Shown here: positions 24,783 through 36,421 of the stretch, one piece after another | How positions within the stretch are numbered: position 1 is the first letter of the stretch | Layout of the letters: each line of letters starts with the position of its first letter | Source: Phyllobates terribilis | Lineage: Eukaryota | Assembly: GCF_046119375.1 (NCBI RefSeq) | Contig: NW_027362772.1 | Span: forward strand, 229,648,001-229,712,000 | Direction: 5' to 3' | DNA: 64,000 nt | The notes under the pieces: model-generated | What the model saw: only the letters and a program-made list of their open reading frames with translations | Databases searched by the model: none | What the model was told of the DNA's origin: nothing | Position numbers and translations under genes: made by a program

Positions 24783-27344
24783 ATGGATCTATCCGCTCTC
24801 GTTCCTGCGGATCCGCCACGTTACTATGGGGATCCAAGACAAAGTCGTGCATTTGTGGAGCAATGCATGCTACACTTCAAGTTCTACCCTCTATGTTTTC
24901 CCACCGATCGGGTTAAGGTGGCATTCATTATGTCTTACCTGGCGGGTGATGCCTTGGAATGGATCAACCCCCTATATGAAACACAGGATCCGATCCTCCT
25001 GGACCTAATGGCCTTCCTGGTGGCCTTTCTAATGGTCTTCGATGATCCTAACCCGGAGGCTCCTGCTGAAGCTTCACCTCCCAATATCCCGGAGCAGCCC
25101 CGATGGGTAATGTGTGTGGGTAGCGCAATAGTCCTCCAGCCCAATGAGACTACTGCCCACCCAGAATCCTCACAGGGTGACTACGCTTTCCGGAATACTT
25201 CTCCCAACCTCAAGAGGCAGTCCAGACGTGCTAGACGTAGAGGCAAGCCGTCACGCCAGGGTCTGTCCTCCCTGAGACCTCCTGACCCCAACCTTGAAGT
25301 CCCTACTGAAGCTTCATCTCCCTGTATCCCGGAGAAGCCCCAACGGGTAATGTGCGTGGGTAGTGCTCCGGTTCTCCTGCCCGAAGAGACTTCTGCCCAT
25401 CCAGACTCCACACAGGAGAACTTCCTGCACCCGGCATCAGATGCTTCACCCACTTTAACCGGTGTGCATGTCCAAGGATGCTCCAAAGCTGTGGTTACCT
25501 CTGAGTCTGTGCACCTCTACTACCTGGCGGAGGACCCCCTGTTGCCTCCTGAATCCTCCGGGATACCACTCGATGACAAATGGAGAGAGACTTCTCTACA
25601 CTCGGTACTCGATACTTTGTCCGCTTCGTCCTGTGAGCCTGACAATGGGTACCCCAAAGTGGTAGTTACCCCCGAGTCTCTACACCCCTCCGACCAGGCG
25701 GAGGACCTCCAGTTGTCTCCAGAACCCTTCGGGGTGCTACCTGGTAGCGAAAGGACAGAGACTCTCCTATGCTCTGTACCTGATACCTCGCTCGCTTCGT
25801 CCAGTGAGTCCAACCTAGTGTACTCCGAAGCAGAGGTTACTCCCGAGTCTCTACACCCCTCCGACCAGGCGGAGGACCTCCAGTTGTCTCCAGAACCCTT
25901 CAGGGTGCTACCTGGTAGCGAAAGGACAGAGACTCTCCTATACTCTGTACCTGATACCTCGCTCGCTTCGTCCAGTGAGTCCAACCTAGTGTACTCCGAA
26001 GCAGAGGTTACTCCCGAGTCTCTACACCCCTCCGACCAGGCGGAGGACCTCCAGTTGTCTCCAGAACCCTTCGGGGTGCCACCTGGTGGTGAATGGACAG
26101 AGACTTTCCTATATCCTGGATCTGATACCTCGCTTGCTTCGTCCAGTGAGTCCGACCTTGTGTACTCTGAAGCAGAGGTTACCCTTGAGTCTCTACACCC
26201 CTCTGACCAGGCGGAGGACCTCCAGTTGTCTCCAGAACCCTTCGGGGTGCCACCTGGTGGTGAATGGACAGAGACTTTCCTATACTCGGTACCCGATACC
26301 TCGCCTGCTTCCTCCAGTGAGTCCGACCTAGTGTACTCTGAAGCAGATGTTTTCTCTGAGCCTCTGCACTCTTCTGACCCGGCGGAGGACCTCCAGTTGT
26401 TTCCTGAATTCTCCGGGGTACCACCAGATAACAAAGAGACAGTGACTTTTCCTCATTATGTACCTGATAACCCGTCTATTTCTTCCTGTGAGCTTGACAA
26501 GATGTACCTCGAAGCAGAGATTACCCCCAAGTCTCTGTCCCCCTCCAACCCGGTGAAGGACTTCCAGTTGTCTCCTGTACCCTCTGGGGTGCCACCTGAA
26601 AATATGTGGAGAAAGACTAACTTGTGTGCTGTTCCTGGTACTCCACCCGTTTCATCTGTTGCTAAGGATGGCTGGATAGGAGGTAGCATCCTAGCTAACC
26701 AGATGAGATCAATTTTTCCTGTGGACAGTGGAAGTGATCTCCTTGAAGTGAACGACTGGTCCTCGAATTCCCTGCGGAAGATTCTGGCAGGCCTGAAGAA
26801 GAGGGGGCGTAAGGGGGGGGGTACTGTAACATACCTGGCGGCGTCCTTGCATAGTGGTCCATCTCCCACTGTGCAAGAGCGCGCACTTGATCTCCTGTCC
26901 AGGGTGTCTCTCTGGCTTCCCTCCTTGCTGTCTGTTTGTCTGTTTTGGCTGCATAGGGCGATGCCCGCTGAACTTCCTGTTTCTTGTACCTGCTGCGGAC
27001 ACGCCCCTGTTGCACCTTCAGCCTATTGCTGTCCATCTTTGGGTATTTATACCACCTTCTTCCTCAAGATGGCGCCTGAGCATAGTGTTGCATTCAGTGT
27101 GTGCTTGCACTCTGAAGGTGCCAGGTCCCGTTCTGTGTTCTCTTGTCTGCCTATCCTGGAGGCTGTATTTCCAGGCCTGTCTGAACACGCTCCTAGCCTG
27201 TTCCTCCCGCCTTCTAGGGGCCGATTACCTAGACCCGCTCCTGTATCTTGTCTGTCCTGTCTGAACACGCTCCTAGCCTGTTCCTCCCGCCTTCTAGGGG
27301 CCGATTACCTAGACCCGCTCCTGTATCTTGTCTGTCCTGTCTGA
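24783..27344 (+). CDS. 853-aa ORF: Gag capsid N-terminal domain (DUF4939/LDOC1/RTL8-like) plus Ser/Pro/Glu-rich 57-aa repeats, reading into the 3' LTR
   Basis: PPRYYGDPRQSRAFVEQCMLHF...FPTDRVKVAFIMSYLAGDALEWINPLYE...FLMVFDDP matches the sushi-type Gag pattern. Uninterrupted frame. Translation is unproven. Confidence 0.7.
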   Translation: MDLSALVPADPPRYYGDPRQSRAFVEQCMLHFKFYPLCFPTDRVKVAFIMSYLAGDALEWINPLYETQDPILLDLMAFLVAFLMVFDDPNPEAPAEASPPNIPEQPRWVMCVGSAIVLQPNETTAHPESSQGDYAFRNTSPNLKRQSRRARRRGKPSRQGLSSLRPPDPNLEVPTEASSPCIPEKPQRVMCVGSAPVLLPEETSAHPDSTQENFLHPASDASPTLTGVHVQGCSKAVVTSESVHLYYLAEDPLLPPESSGIPLDDKWRETSLHSVLDTLSASSCEPDNGYPKVVVTPESLHPSDQAEDLQLSPEPFGVLPGSERTETLLCSVPDTSLASSSESNLVYSEAEVTPESLHPSDQAEDLQLSPEPFRVLPGSERTETLLYSVPDTSLASSSESNLVYSEAEVTPESLHPSDQAEDLQLSPEPFGVPPGGEWTETFLYPGSDTSLASSSESDLVYSEAEVTLESLHPSDQAEDLQLSPEPFGVPPGGEWTETFLYSVPDTSPASSSESDLVYSEADVFSEPLHSSDPAEDLQLFPEFSGVPPDNKETVTFPHYVPDNPSISSCELDKMYLEAEITPKSLSPSNPVKDFQLSPVPSGVPPENMWRKTNLCAVPGTPPVSSVAKDGWIGGSILANQMRSIFPVDSGSDLLEVNDWSSNSLRKILAGLKKRGRKGGGTVTYLAASLHSGPSPTVQERALDLLSRVSLWLPSLLSVCLFWLHRAMPAELPVSCTCCGHAPVAPSAYCCPSLGIYTTFFLKMAPEHSVAFSVCLHSEGARSRSVFSCLPILEAVFPGLSEHAPSLFLPPSRGRLPRPAPVSCLSCLNTLLACSSRLLGADYLDPLLYLVCPV
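25494..26660 (+). repeat. 171-bp (57-codon) in-frame tandem repeat, about 7 units
   Basis: Unit starts at 25494, 25665, 25836, 26007, 26178, 26349 and 26520. The central four are near identical and the outer three are diverged. Confidence 0.9.
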
Positions 27345-28803
27345 ACACGCTCCTTGCCTGTTCGTCCCGCCTCTCTGGGGGCAGTATTCCCAGACCCGCT
27401 CCTGTATCCCGCTGCAGTGTCGGTCTCCTCCGTACACTCAGTTCCAGTCTGAACTCTCTCCTATCCTTTACCTGTTTTGCCTCTATGTCCATTCCCTTCC
27501 TTTTTCTGCAGAGTCTGAACTCGTACCTAACTCCTGCTTGTTGTCTCTGTACTCCCGTTTGTGAGTTTGTGGTCCACTCGCTACTTCACTGCAAGTACCC
27601 TGTGGGTATCTGGCTCTGCCTTTCTCTTCCTGTCTGTTCCGTGTGAACAGAGCCCTGTCCCCCCTGCTCCGACTCCTTTGCTCACCGCTCCGGCGGTTCT
27701 AGCCTGCTCTGGCTCCTTTGCTCACCGCTCCGGCGGTTCTAGCCTGCTCTGACTCCTTTGCTCACCGCTCCGGCGGTTCTAGCCTGCTCTGACTCCTTTG
27801 CTCACCGCTCCGGCGGTTCTAGCCTGCTCTGACTCCTTTGCTCACCGCTCCGGCGGTTCTAGCCTGCTCTGACTCCTTTGCTCACCGCTCCGGCGGTTCT
27901 AGCCTGCTCTGGCTCCTTTTGCTCGCTGCTCCGGCAGCCTTGCTCCGCTCTGACCCTTTTGCTCACTGCTCCGGCAGCCTTGCTCCGCTCTGACCCTTTT
28001 GCTCACTGCTCCGGCAGCCTCGCTCCGCTCTTATCCTTTTTGCTCACTGCTCCGGCAGTCTTGCTCCACTCTTGCTCATCGCTCCAGGCGGCCTCGTCCT
28101 GCTTTACTCTTGCTCACTGCTCCGGCAGTCTCGCTCAGCTCTGACCCTTTGCTCACCGCTCCTGGCGGCCTTGTCCTGCTCTACTCTTGCTCACCGCTCC
28201 AGGCGGCCTCGTCCTGCTCTGCTCTCACTCACCTCTCTGGGCGGCCTCACTCTGCTGTGTTTGTCCGCCACATCTGTGGTTCTGTTCCTGAGTCGCAATG
28301 TGTACTGGGTCCTATCCCGCCAGTGTCCCTACCTGCTAGTGCCTCCCTGTCTGCACTCTAGCTGTGCTTGCCTGTACCCCTCTGTCTGTATTGTTCCTGA
28401 GTCCCAGTGTGTACTGGGTCCTATCCCGCCTGTGTTCCTACCTGCTAGTGCCTCCCTGTCTGCACTCTAGCTGTGCTTGCCTGTACCCCCCTGCCTGCAT
28501 ACCCGCCTGCCTGCATCCCAGTCGAGCCAGCCTATACCCACCAGTCTGTATGCCAGCCTACCAGTCTGTTCCTGTATTCCCCTGTGTGGGTCAACAGCCG
28601 TGTCCGGGGTCTGTCCTGGAGTAGCACCTGGTCCCTCTGCTCGGTTCCTCCTTGGTGCACTGGCGTCGTATGCCGTCGTGCGACCCTGGTCGGATCGGGT
28701 GAATACCTAGTTACGCCCCTCCAGGCATTCACTCTCCGGCACGGTCCAGTGGAATCACTACAATCACACGCACACGCCGCTCAGCCCGGGCGTGTGCATT
28801 ACA
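26825..28803 (+). repeat. 3' LTR (1979 bp), with six 40-bp units
   Basis: Identical to the 5' LTR except for one fewer 40-bp unit and three substitutions seen by eye. Confidence 0.95.
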
Positions 28804-28836
28804 GTTTGTATATAAACTTGTATATATATATATACA

Positions 28837-31724
28837 CAGTGCCTTGTGAAAGTATTTGGCCTCCTTGAACTTTTCTACCTTTTGCCACATTTCTGGCTTC
28901 AAACAGAAAGATATAAAATTCTAATTTTTGGGGGAAGAATCAACAACAAGTGAGACACAATCCTGAAGTGGAACGAAATTTATTGGATATTTTAAACTTT
29001 TTTAAAAAATTAAAAACTGAAAAGTGGGGCGTGCAATATTATTCGGCCCCTTTACTTTCAGTGAGGATCTCTGAATGACCCAATGTTGTCCTAAATGACT
29101 GGTAATAAGTAGAATCCACCTGTGTGTAATCAAGTCTCCGTATAAATGCATCTGCTCTGTGATAGTCTTAGGGTTCCGTTTCAAGTGCAGAGAGCATCAT
29201 GAAGACCAAGGAACACACCAGGCAGGTCCGAGATACTGTTGTGGCGAAGTTTAAAGCTGGATTTGGATACAAAAAGATTTCCCAAGTTTTAAACATCTCA
29301 AGGAGCACTGTGCAAGCGATTATATTGAGATGGAAGGAGTAGCAGACCACTGCAAATCTACCAAGACCCGGCCGTCCCTCTAAACTTTCATCTCGAACAA
29401 GGAGAAGACTGATCAGAGATGTGACGTGCCCCCAGGGCCGGGGGGGGGGGTTACTCGGCAGCTGGGCCTCTGGTTTCTTGGGGGATATCACGGTAGCTGG
29501 CCCGGTCCGTGACCCAGGGCGGTCAGTGCAAAAGGGGATATTTTTATATGGGGTTTTTGGAATTGTTCGTGACGCCACCTGTGGATTGCGGCTAAAGGGA
29601 GCCGCCGCTGCGGAGCAGTCCTCTGGAGCTGGTGTTACGGCAGCAGGGATGGTGTGGCTCTCCACAGGTAGAGCTTGCTCCAGGGCAGTGTAGGTAGTGT
29701 TAGTTGCGCTGGGCGTTGTAGTGCAAGTGCAGGGGGAAAGATGGCGCAGACGAAATAATGGACAGAGGCGGTGCGGTGCAGTCATCCGAGTCTTTACTCC
29801 CAGTTCTTTAGTTCCTCAGGGTGCACTGTCAGCTTACAGCCTCCCGCGTCACGCTGCGTTCACCAGGCAGGGGTTCAGCTCTTCCTCAGGCAGATTAGGA
29901 GTACCTGGCAGAACCCCACTTTCTCGTGTTCCTAGCTAGACCGACTTCACGCTGGGTCTTTCTCCTTCCTGCCCTGTGCTGCCCACTCTCAATCCTGCTC
30001 AGGTGCTCTGAAGTCCCTCCTGTACGTCTGAGTTCACAGACCTGCTTGACCCTCACGGGGATTAGAATGCGGCTTACGATCCCTCTGTCTTCTGACAGAT
30101 TCGGGGCATACGGGTGCCGTCCTGCACTCGCCGTACCCCCTAGGATCACTTCCACAGAACGGAGCCTACTCCCTGCTCCCCTCCTGGGCCTCTAACACTA
30201 GGCCCTAGTTGTGGAGCAGAGCTCCTACTGAGACTCTGCTCCCGGACTGTTCTTCTGAACTGTCCTGAGCTGTTCTTCTGAACTGCTCTCCTACTGATCT
30301 AATCTGTTCCCTTCCGACTTGGGCCTCACTGGCTAGGCCCGCCTCTGGAGCAGAGCTCCTGTTGAGCCTCTGCTTCTCTCACTTTCCTCCTCTGACTGAA
30401 CGCACTCTCTAAGATGGCTTCCCTATATATACTCCTACCAAAGTGCTCCCCCTAACTACTTCCTCCACCCACACCCACTACTGGTTCCCCCTACCTCTGG
30501 GTTCCCCCCACTCCAGCCAGTGTCAGGGCTCAGCAGAAACATACATTGCGTCTTGCCCTTCCAGCCGGCCTGGAGCAGTGTAGTGTTGGATGCAGGTGTT
30601 GGAGTTCCGCGCAGCACTCCCTCCTTACCTGAGAGAAGGATACACCACACCTCCGGGTGAGGTTCAGTACCTCTGTGGCGACTAAACCATCAGGGGCGCC
30701 ACACTTGCAGCCAAAAGGCCCATGATCACTCTGGATGAACTGCAGAGATCTACAGCTGAGGCGGGAGAGTCTGTCCATAGGACAACAATCAGTCGTACAC
30801 TGCACAAATCTGGCCTTTATGGAAGAGTGGCAAGAAGAAAGTCATTTCTCAAAGATATCCATAAAAAGTCTCGTTTGAAGTTTGCCACAAGCCACCTGGG
30901 AGACACACCAAACATGTGGAATAAGGTGCTCTGGTCAGATGAAACCAAAATCGAACTTTTTAGCCACAATGCAAAACGATATGTTTGGCTTAAAAGCAAC
31001 ACAGCTCATCACCCTCAAAACACCATCCCCACTGTCAAATATGGTGGTGGCAGCATCATGGTTTGAGCCTGCTTTTCTTCAGCAGGGACAGGGAAGATGG
31101 TTAAAATTGATGGGATGATGGACGGAGCCAAATACAGGACCATTCTGGAAGAAAACCTGTTGGAGTCTGCAAAAGACCTGAGACTGGGTCGGAGATTTAT
31201 CTTCCAACAAGACAATGATCCCAAACATAAAGCAAAATCTACAATGTAATGGTTCAAAAATAAACGTATCCAGGTGTTAGAATGGCCAAGTCAAAGTTCA
31301 GACCTGAATCCAATCGAGAATCTGTGGAAAGAGCTGAAAACTGCTGATCACAAACACCCTTCATCCTACCTCACTGAGCTCGAGCTGTTTTGCAAGGAAG
31401 AATGGGCAAGAATTTCAGCCTCTCGATGTGCAAAACTGATAGAGACATACGCCAAGCGACTTGCAGCTGTAATCGCAGCAAAAGGTGGCTCTACAAAGTA
31501 TTAACTCAAGGGGGCCGAATAATATTGCACGCCCCACTTTCCAGTTTTTAATTTTTTTAAAAAGTTTAAAATATCCAATAAATTTCGTTCCACTTCACGA
31601 TTGTGTCCCACTTGTTGTTGATTCTTCCCCAAAAAATTAGAATTTTATATCTTTATGTTTGAAGCCAGAAATGTGGCAAAAGGTAGAAAAGTTCAAGGGG
31701 GCCAAATACTTTAACAAGGCACTG
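28837..31724 (+). mobile_element. Tc1-family transposon, defective (ATG 29199, MKTKEHTRQVRDTV), interrupted by a solo LTR
   Basis: TIR cagtgccttgtgaaagtatttggc and reverse complement. Right TA TSD intact, left reads CA. Transposase resumes at 30708 and ends at 31504. Confidence 0.93.
29422..30703 (-). mobile_element. Solo LTR, family X copy 2, inside the Tc1 transposase gene
   Basis: Same termini as copy 1. The Tc1 sequence agagatg|cagcc is rejoined after removing the LTR plus 4 bp (TSD gatg/cttg, degenerate). Confidence 0.8.
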
Positions 31725-33130
31725 TATATACAGTATATATGCACCGGAGCTTGCTTACTCACATATTATGTCATACAGAAACACATTACATCACACAGAT
31801 AGGCTTTCCTTTGAACAATACTGGGGCGTACATATTTGTCATCTTGTGCAAGGTATTGCAATATTCTTTTCAGTCGCTTATCCTTATCTAAGGGGTTCAT
31901 TATTTCATAGTGTGTGCCTGATCCCTGTACAGCGCCACACAGAGTCCCTATTATCGACCTACAGGCACTCCTTGTGTCACCACATGCTGCCTCTGTGAGG
32001 TGCCATATGTTCTCCTAGAAGTGACGATCCTAAGGAAGAAATACACAGAGACTTAAAGGGAATCTGTCAACACGACCTTTACTCCCCCAAACTGTTTATA
32101 TGGTCATGATGCTCTGTGAAAGACAATGTCATCCATACCTTTATTTATACAATGTGTTGCTGCCTGACTGAAAAAATAGCAGTTTTAATTCATATGCAAA
32201 TTAGGTTTAAGTGCTTTGGGTGTAATCAGAGCACTTCCCAAGCATCTGCCTTCTTGAATCTACGTATTCTCTGCCTACATCTTCTTCTGCTTGACTGACA
32301 TCTCACTTGCTTGACTACCTAGTCAATGAGCTGTGAGTTATGCAGAAGAAAAAAGAGCTAGGGAGACAAAATCTGTAAGAGGGGCCACCACCTACTATGT
32401 GACATTTAAAATGCTGCTGTTTTCTTATGAGGCATAGGGGACCTCAAACACCAGGGCCTAGATACACCTGCTTCTTCTGCACCTTCTATAGCTTCTCGTC
32501 CTTGGTAATATAGCATGCAACATATAATATCAGAGGAATGCATTGGTACATCATGGAAACATGATCCCAAATAGAGTACCAAAAGTGACGAGCATTAATA
32601 GGAGCTATTACCGTGCCCATGGCTGTACCTATCCAACATTGTACAGTGGACTGTATAGGACATCTTTTCCTCAGCCCACACTTCCTTCCCATCCCTCCAA
32701 ATTCTATATTCTCCCCAAATGAACTTTTGGCTTTTGTACCGACAAGAAAAAACAGATATCATCCCATCCTCATAAAATGTGCCATTAATGCATGTGTTCT
32801 CTATAAAGCCTTCTTTAAAGGAGGTGATGACCCGGCTCTACTTGGCAACAAGTGGACTTTAGCTTATAAACCTGATCAGGCATGTAGGACGCTGCGGATA
32901 TTTTCACATCATTTACTTCATTATCATAAATCATGTTTATATACAGTATATTGTAATTTAAGGGAAAGATTATTAAAAATGATTGATGTGCCCCATTTAT
33001 GACCCTTTCTGCATGGAAACGGTTCCTTGCTGCAGATCTCTCAATTTATCCTTTTAGTTTGGAAGTGATTATCTTCAGTTATACCTTCTTAGTGGGAACG
33101 GGTGACACTTTATCACAATGAGGATGGTAC

Positions 33131-34192
33131 TGACGCGCCTAGGGGATGGGGACGACTCGGTACCCGGGCCTTTGCCTGGTTTGGGGATGTCGCGGTGGTC
33201 GGCTCCCGGGCCCGTACCCTGGGGTCACTCTTGAAAAAGGGGATTGTAACTTGGGTAGAGATAAAAATAAAATAAATAGTTTGTGGCGCCACCTGTGGTA
33301 CCTGGTAATGATTACCAGCGCTGCTTCAGACCTCCGGGGGTGTTGGGATGGCAGCTGAGGTGTTTCTGCTCCCCACAGGTGGAGTGGGCCCCCGGGGCAG
33401 TGTGGAGTTTGGTGGGTGGTGATGCTGGGACTTGTAGTGAAGGCGGAATGGCGCAGCAGGAGTAACTGACAGAGACAGGGGATTCGCTTCAATACCTTTA
33501 CTGGTGCTGATGTCAGGTACGGTCCAGGGTACTCAGTAGGATGGGTGCACTTCAGGACTTCTCCCCAGTGAGCGGGTATAAGGCCTCCTGGTCCGTGTCT
33601 GCCTCTCTGTATGCTCCTGGCCAGCCTGCAACTGGGCCTAGCTTATGTGTCGTGCTGTTCCTTCACCTGTCGCTTGGTAGTAGGACCTTCTGCTGGAAAC
33701 CACTATCCCTGGTAATGCTGGGGCCTTCGTGGTTCCTGATCCTGTTAAGGGTTTAGCTTCAGGTCAGCCAGGGACTTGTAGTCCTCCTGGTATGCCGGTG
33801 ATCCCTACTGGGTATAAAGGACCCTGTAGGCGCGGACCCGGTGTCCGGTTTGTATATTCGGGGTGAGCCTATGATGCTCCTCTGCCCCCTCAACTCCTCT
33901 CTCCTCTCCTCCTCGCCGTCGGCCACATTCGGGGCCCTCACTACAGCAGCAGACGTTCTGCGTCTTCGCTGCTCTCAGCGTCAGCACGCTCTCAGACTCT
34001 CTGACTCTGACTGACTCTTTCTTCTGACTGAACTGCCTGGCTCCACCCTCCATATATATCCCTAACGGGCTCCCTCTAGTGGTGTGAGGTGGAAGAGTGG
34101 AGGTGTTTGTATCTAATGAGGGCCTCTTGTGGAGAAGTCCATCCATGCACCCTTTTGGGTCCTGTGGTACCTGTGAACAGCAGGGTGCCACA
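33131..34192 (-). mobile_element. Solo LTR, divergent relative of family X
   Basis: TGACGCGCC...GTGCCACA termini, perfect 4-bp TSD GTAC, shared cgccacctgtgg motif. Confidence 0.75.
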
Positions 34193-34879
34193 GTACTATG
34201 AAAACATTATTTTTGCACATGATTAGCATCAGTTTCCTACCTTTGTCTGGATTAACAATATTTCTATTTCTCCAAAATCAAGCTATACCTGATGTGGGAA
34301 AAAGGCTGTCATTCAGCTCACTTACAGAAAAAAATGTCAGGCCCTGGCGGGTTAAAAAGGGCTCAGCAGATATTGCTGGACCCTACAGCTTGTCAGTATT
34401 TTAGTTTAAGAGCAGTATGCGGTCTGACAACTTTGTTCCCACGCTCTTGTCACAGTCAAAGCTCGAACATTCAAAGACTACAAGCAATTAATGTTACAAA
34501 GGGCACAGCTAAAGCATAAGAGATGGATGCTAATTCAGTGATTCATTACCAGAAATAAACCTATAGACCTGACTTACATTACAGACAATCATTCGTTACA
34601 TTCCTATATTTCCAGGTCTCCTTTTATAAAATGATAAAACTACCAACAGGAGATATCCAAGCTCTAGTAGATACAGTATATTGTCTGGTTTAGAAAACTC
34701 ATATCTCTTATTAGGGATTTTTGAGTTAATCAGGACCCTCATCTGTCTGTTAAAGTGGTAATTTCAAGGACCCTGTTAATTAATGTTAGGCTCATCTGGT
34801 GAGGTGGATCCTCAAAGCCCAAGGTCCAGGTGGACACATGAGCCACGGGCGTTGGTGCAGCAGGCCGGTGATGCACTCT

Positions 34880-35240
34880 GAAAATAGGTTGCAGAGGTAC
34901 CAGAGACCGTAGGCAGATAAGAGACCGGGAAACAGGTAGCAGAGGTCCTCGAGACCACAGGTGGACAGGAGACCAGGAGCAGGTAGCAGAGTTCCTGGAG
35001 ACCACAGACAGGTAGCAGAGGTCTTGGAAACCACAGGTGAACAAGAAACCGGGAACAGGTAGCAGAGGTCCAGGAGACTGAAGACAGGTGGAAGAGGTCC
35101 TGGAGACCACAGGTGGGCAGGAGATCTGGAATAATTAGCAGAGGTCCTGGAAACCGAAGACAAGTAACAGAGGTCCTGGAGACCACATGCTGATAGGAGA
35201 CCAGGAAAAGGTAGCAGTGGTCCAGGAGGCTGCAGGCACA
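34880..35240. repeat. Degenerate about 45-bp minisatellite (gagaccacagg...gtagcagaggtcct)
   Basis: Repeated motif seen about 8 times. Confidence 0.7.
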
Positions 35241-35460
35241 CAGGACTCCGGAGCATCTAGAATTCTGAATACCAAGACACAGATGTGTGTCTTGGTAGTC
35301 CTTATATAGGTCCAGGTGGATGTTCACATGGGATCACACTGGGTCATCTACAAAGCACGACGTGGAGCATAACAGAGTTCAGCGGACTGGGGAGAGGGAA
35401 GCAAAGCCTGGATCTGGGACAGGTATGTAACAGTTTCAACAGACATGATGCAATTCTTAA

Positions 35461-35842
35461 AGGGGTTGTCCATGACTTATATACTGAAGACCTATTCTTA
35501 AGATATGTCATCCATATCATATTGGTCGAGATCTGATACCTGGCACCCCAACCAATCAACTGATTGCAGTTCACCTGGCTGACAGATATACACAGTGTAC
35601 AAAGCTGGAACAGCACAGCTCCATATATTGTGTAGTGGCTGTTCCTGAGTCCAGCAGCCAAGCTCCAATTCCCTTTAATAGGAGTTAAGCCGCAGTACCC
35701 AAGAACAGCCACTACATAGCTTAGTACACTGTGCACACCTGCAGAACTGCAAACAGCTGATCGTTAGGGGTGCTGGGTGTCAATCCTCTACCAATCTGAT
35801 AATTTATCCTAAGGGTATATACGAGAGTCCTAGACAACCCCT
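35461..35842. mobile_element. TTAA MITE (T2/Kolobok-like)
   Basis: ttaa|aggggttgtc...gacaacccct|ttaa termini with internal inverted symmetry. Confidence 0.75.
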
Positions 35843-36421
35843 TTAAACTCCCCATTTTCCTCTAGGGGTTGCTGTTCGGTTCCCCAATTGTTTTCTAGGG
35901 GCTACAGCAGAAAGACACTCACTCTCCGGTCAGTTTATCTTTAGAGAATCTGACAAAAAGGGATTGTCCAAAGTAGACAATGGACCGGTGCTGGGCTCAC
36001 CAGGAGATAAGACTGATGGGTGATCTGCACACAGCTCAGGGTCAATGCTGTGTTTTCCCTGGGGGGCTCTTTCCCTAGTGAAATGACTCTTATACGGGTG
36101 TGTTGTCTGTAATGTATTGTTTTTGGAAGCCTGGAATTATTTTGATTTCCTTGCCCAGTTCAGCATCATTAGATTGTGTTCTGACACATCCATTCTCTCC
36201 CACTTCCTGCTCATACTGATGCTCAGGGTGTGTATAGATCCCGACCACAAGCAAATTCCCTGGTACGCCCGGCTGCTGAAGAAAACACATCGGCAGAGCA
36301 AATCACCCTGACAGCCTGCAAGTGATACCGGCACCTAAGAAGTGGTGCTCACAGGCAGACAACCCCCCATGGTCACCATACCTGTGAATAAATGATAATA
36401 ACTATAAAGCATACTGCTCCA

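Larger units (their letters stand above)
22624..28803 (+). mobile_element. Young non-autonomous Ty3/Gypsy (Tf1/sushi-like) LTR retrotransposon lacking pol
   Basis: 5-bp TSD GTTTG (22619-22623 and 28804-28808). TG..CA LTRs at 22624-24642 and 26825-28803 are almost identical. PPT aaggggggggg at 26811-26821. Gag capsid-NTD homology in the internal ORF. No PR, RT, RH or IN motifs seen. Confidence 0.95.

Noticed and set aside
25520-26434. 304-aa antisense ORF over the 171-bp repeat
   Set aside because: Mirror of the repeat. It starts at a non-ATG codon, has no domain, and is confined largely to the homogeneous units.
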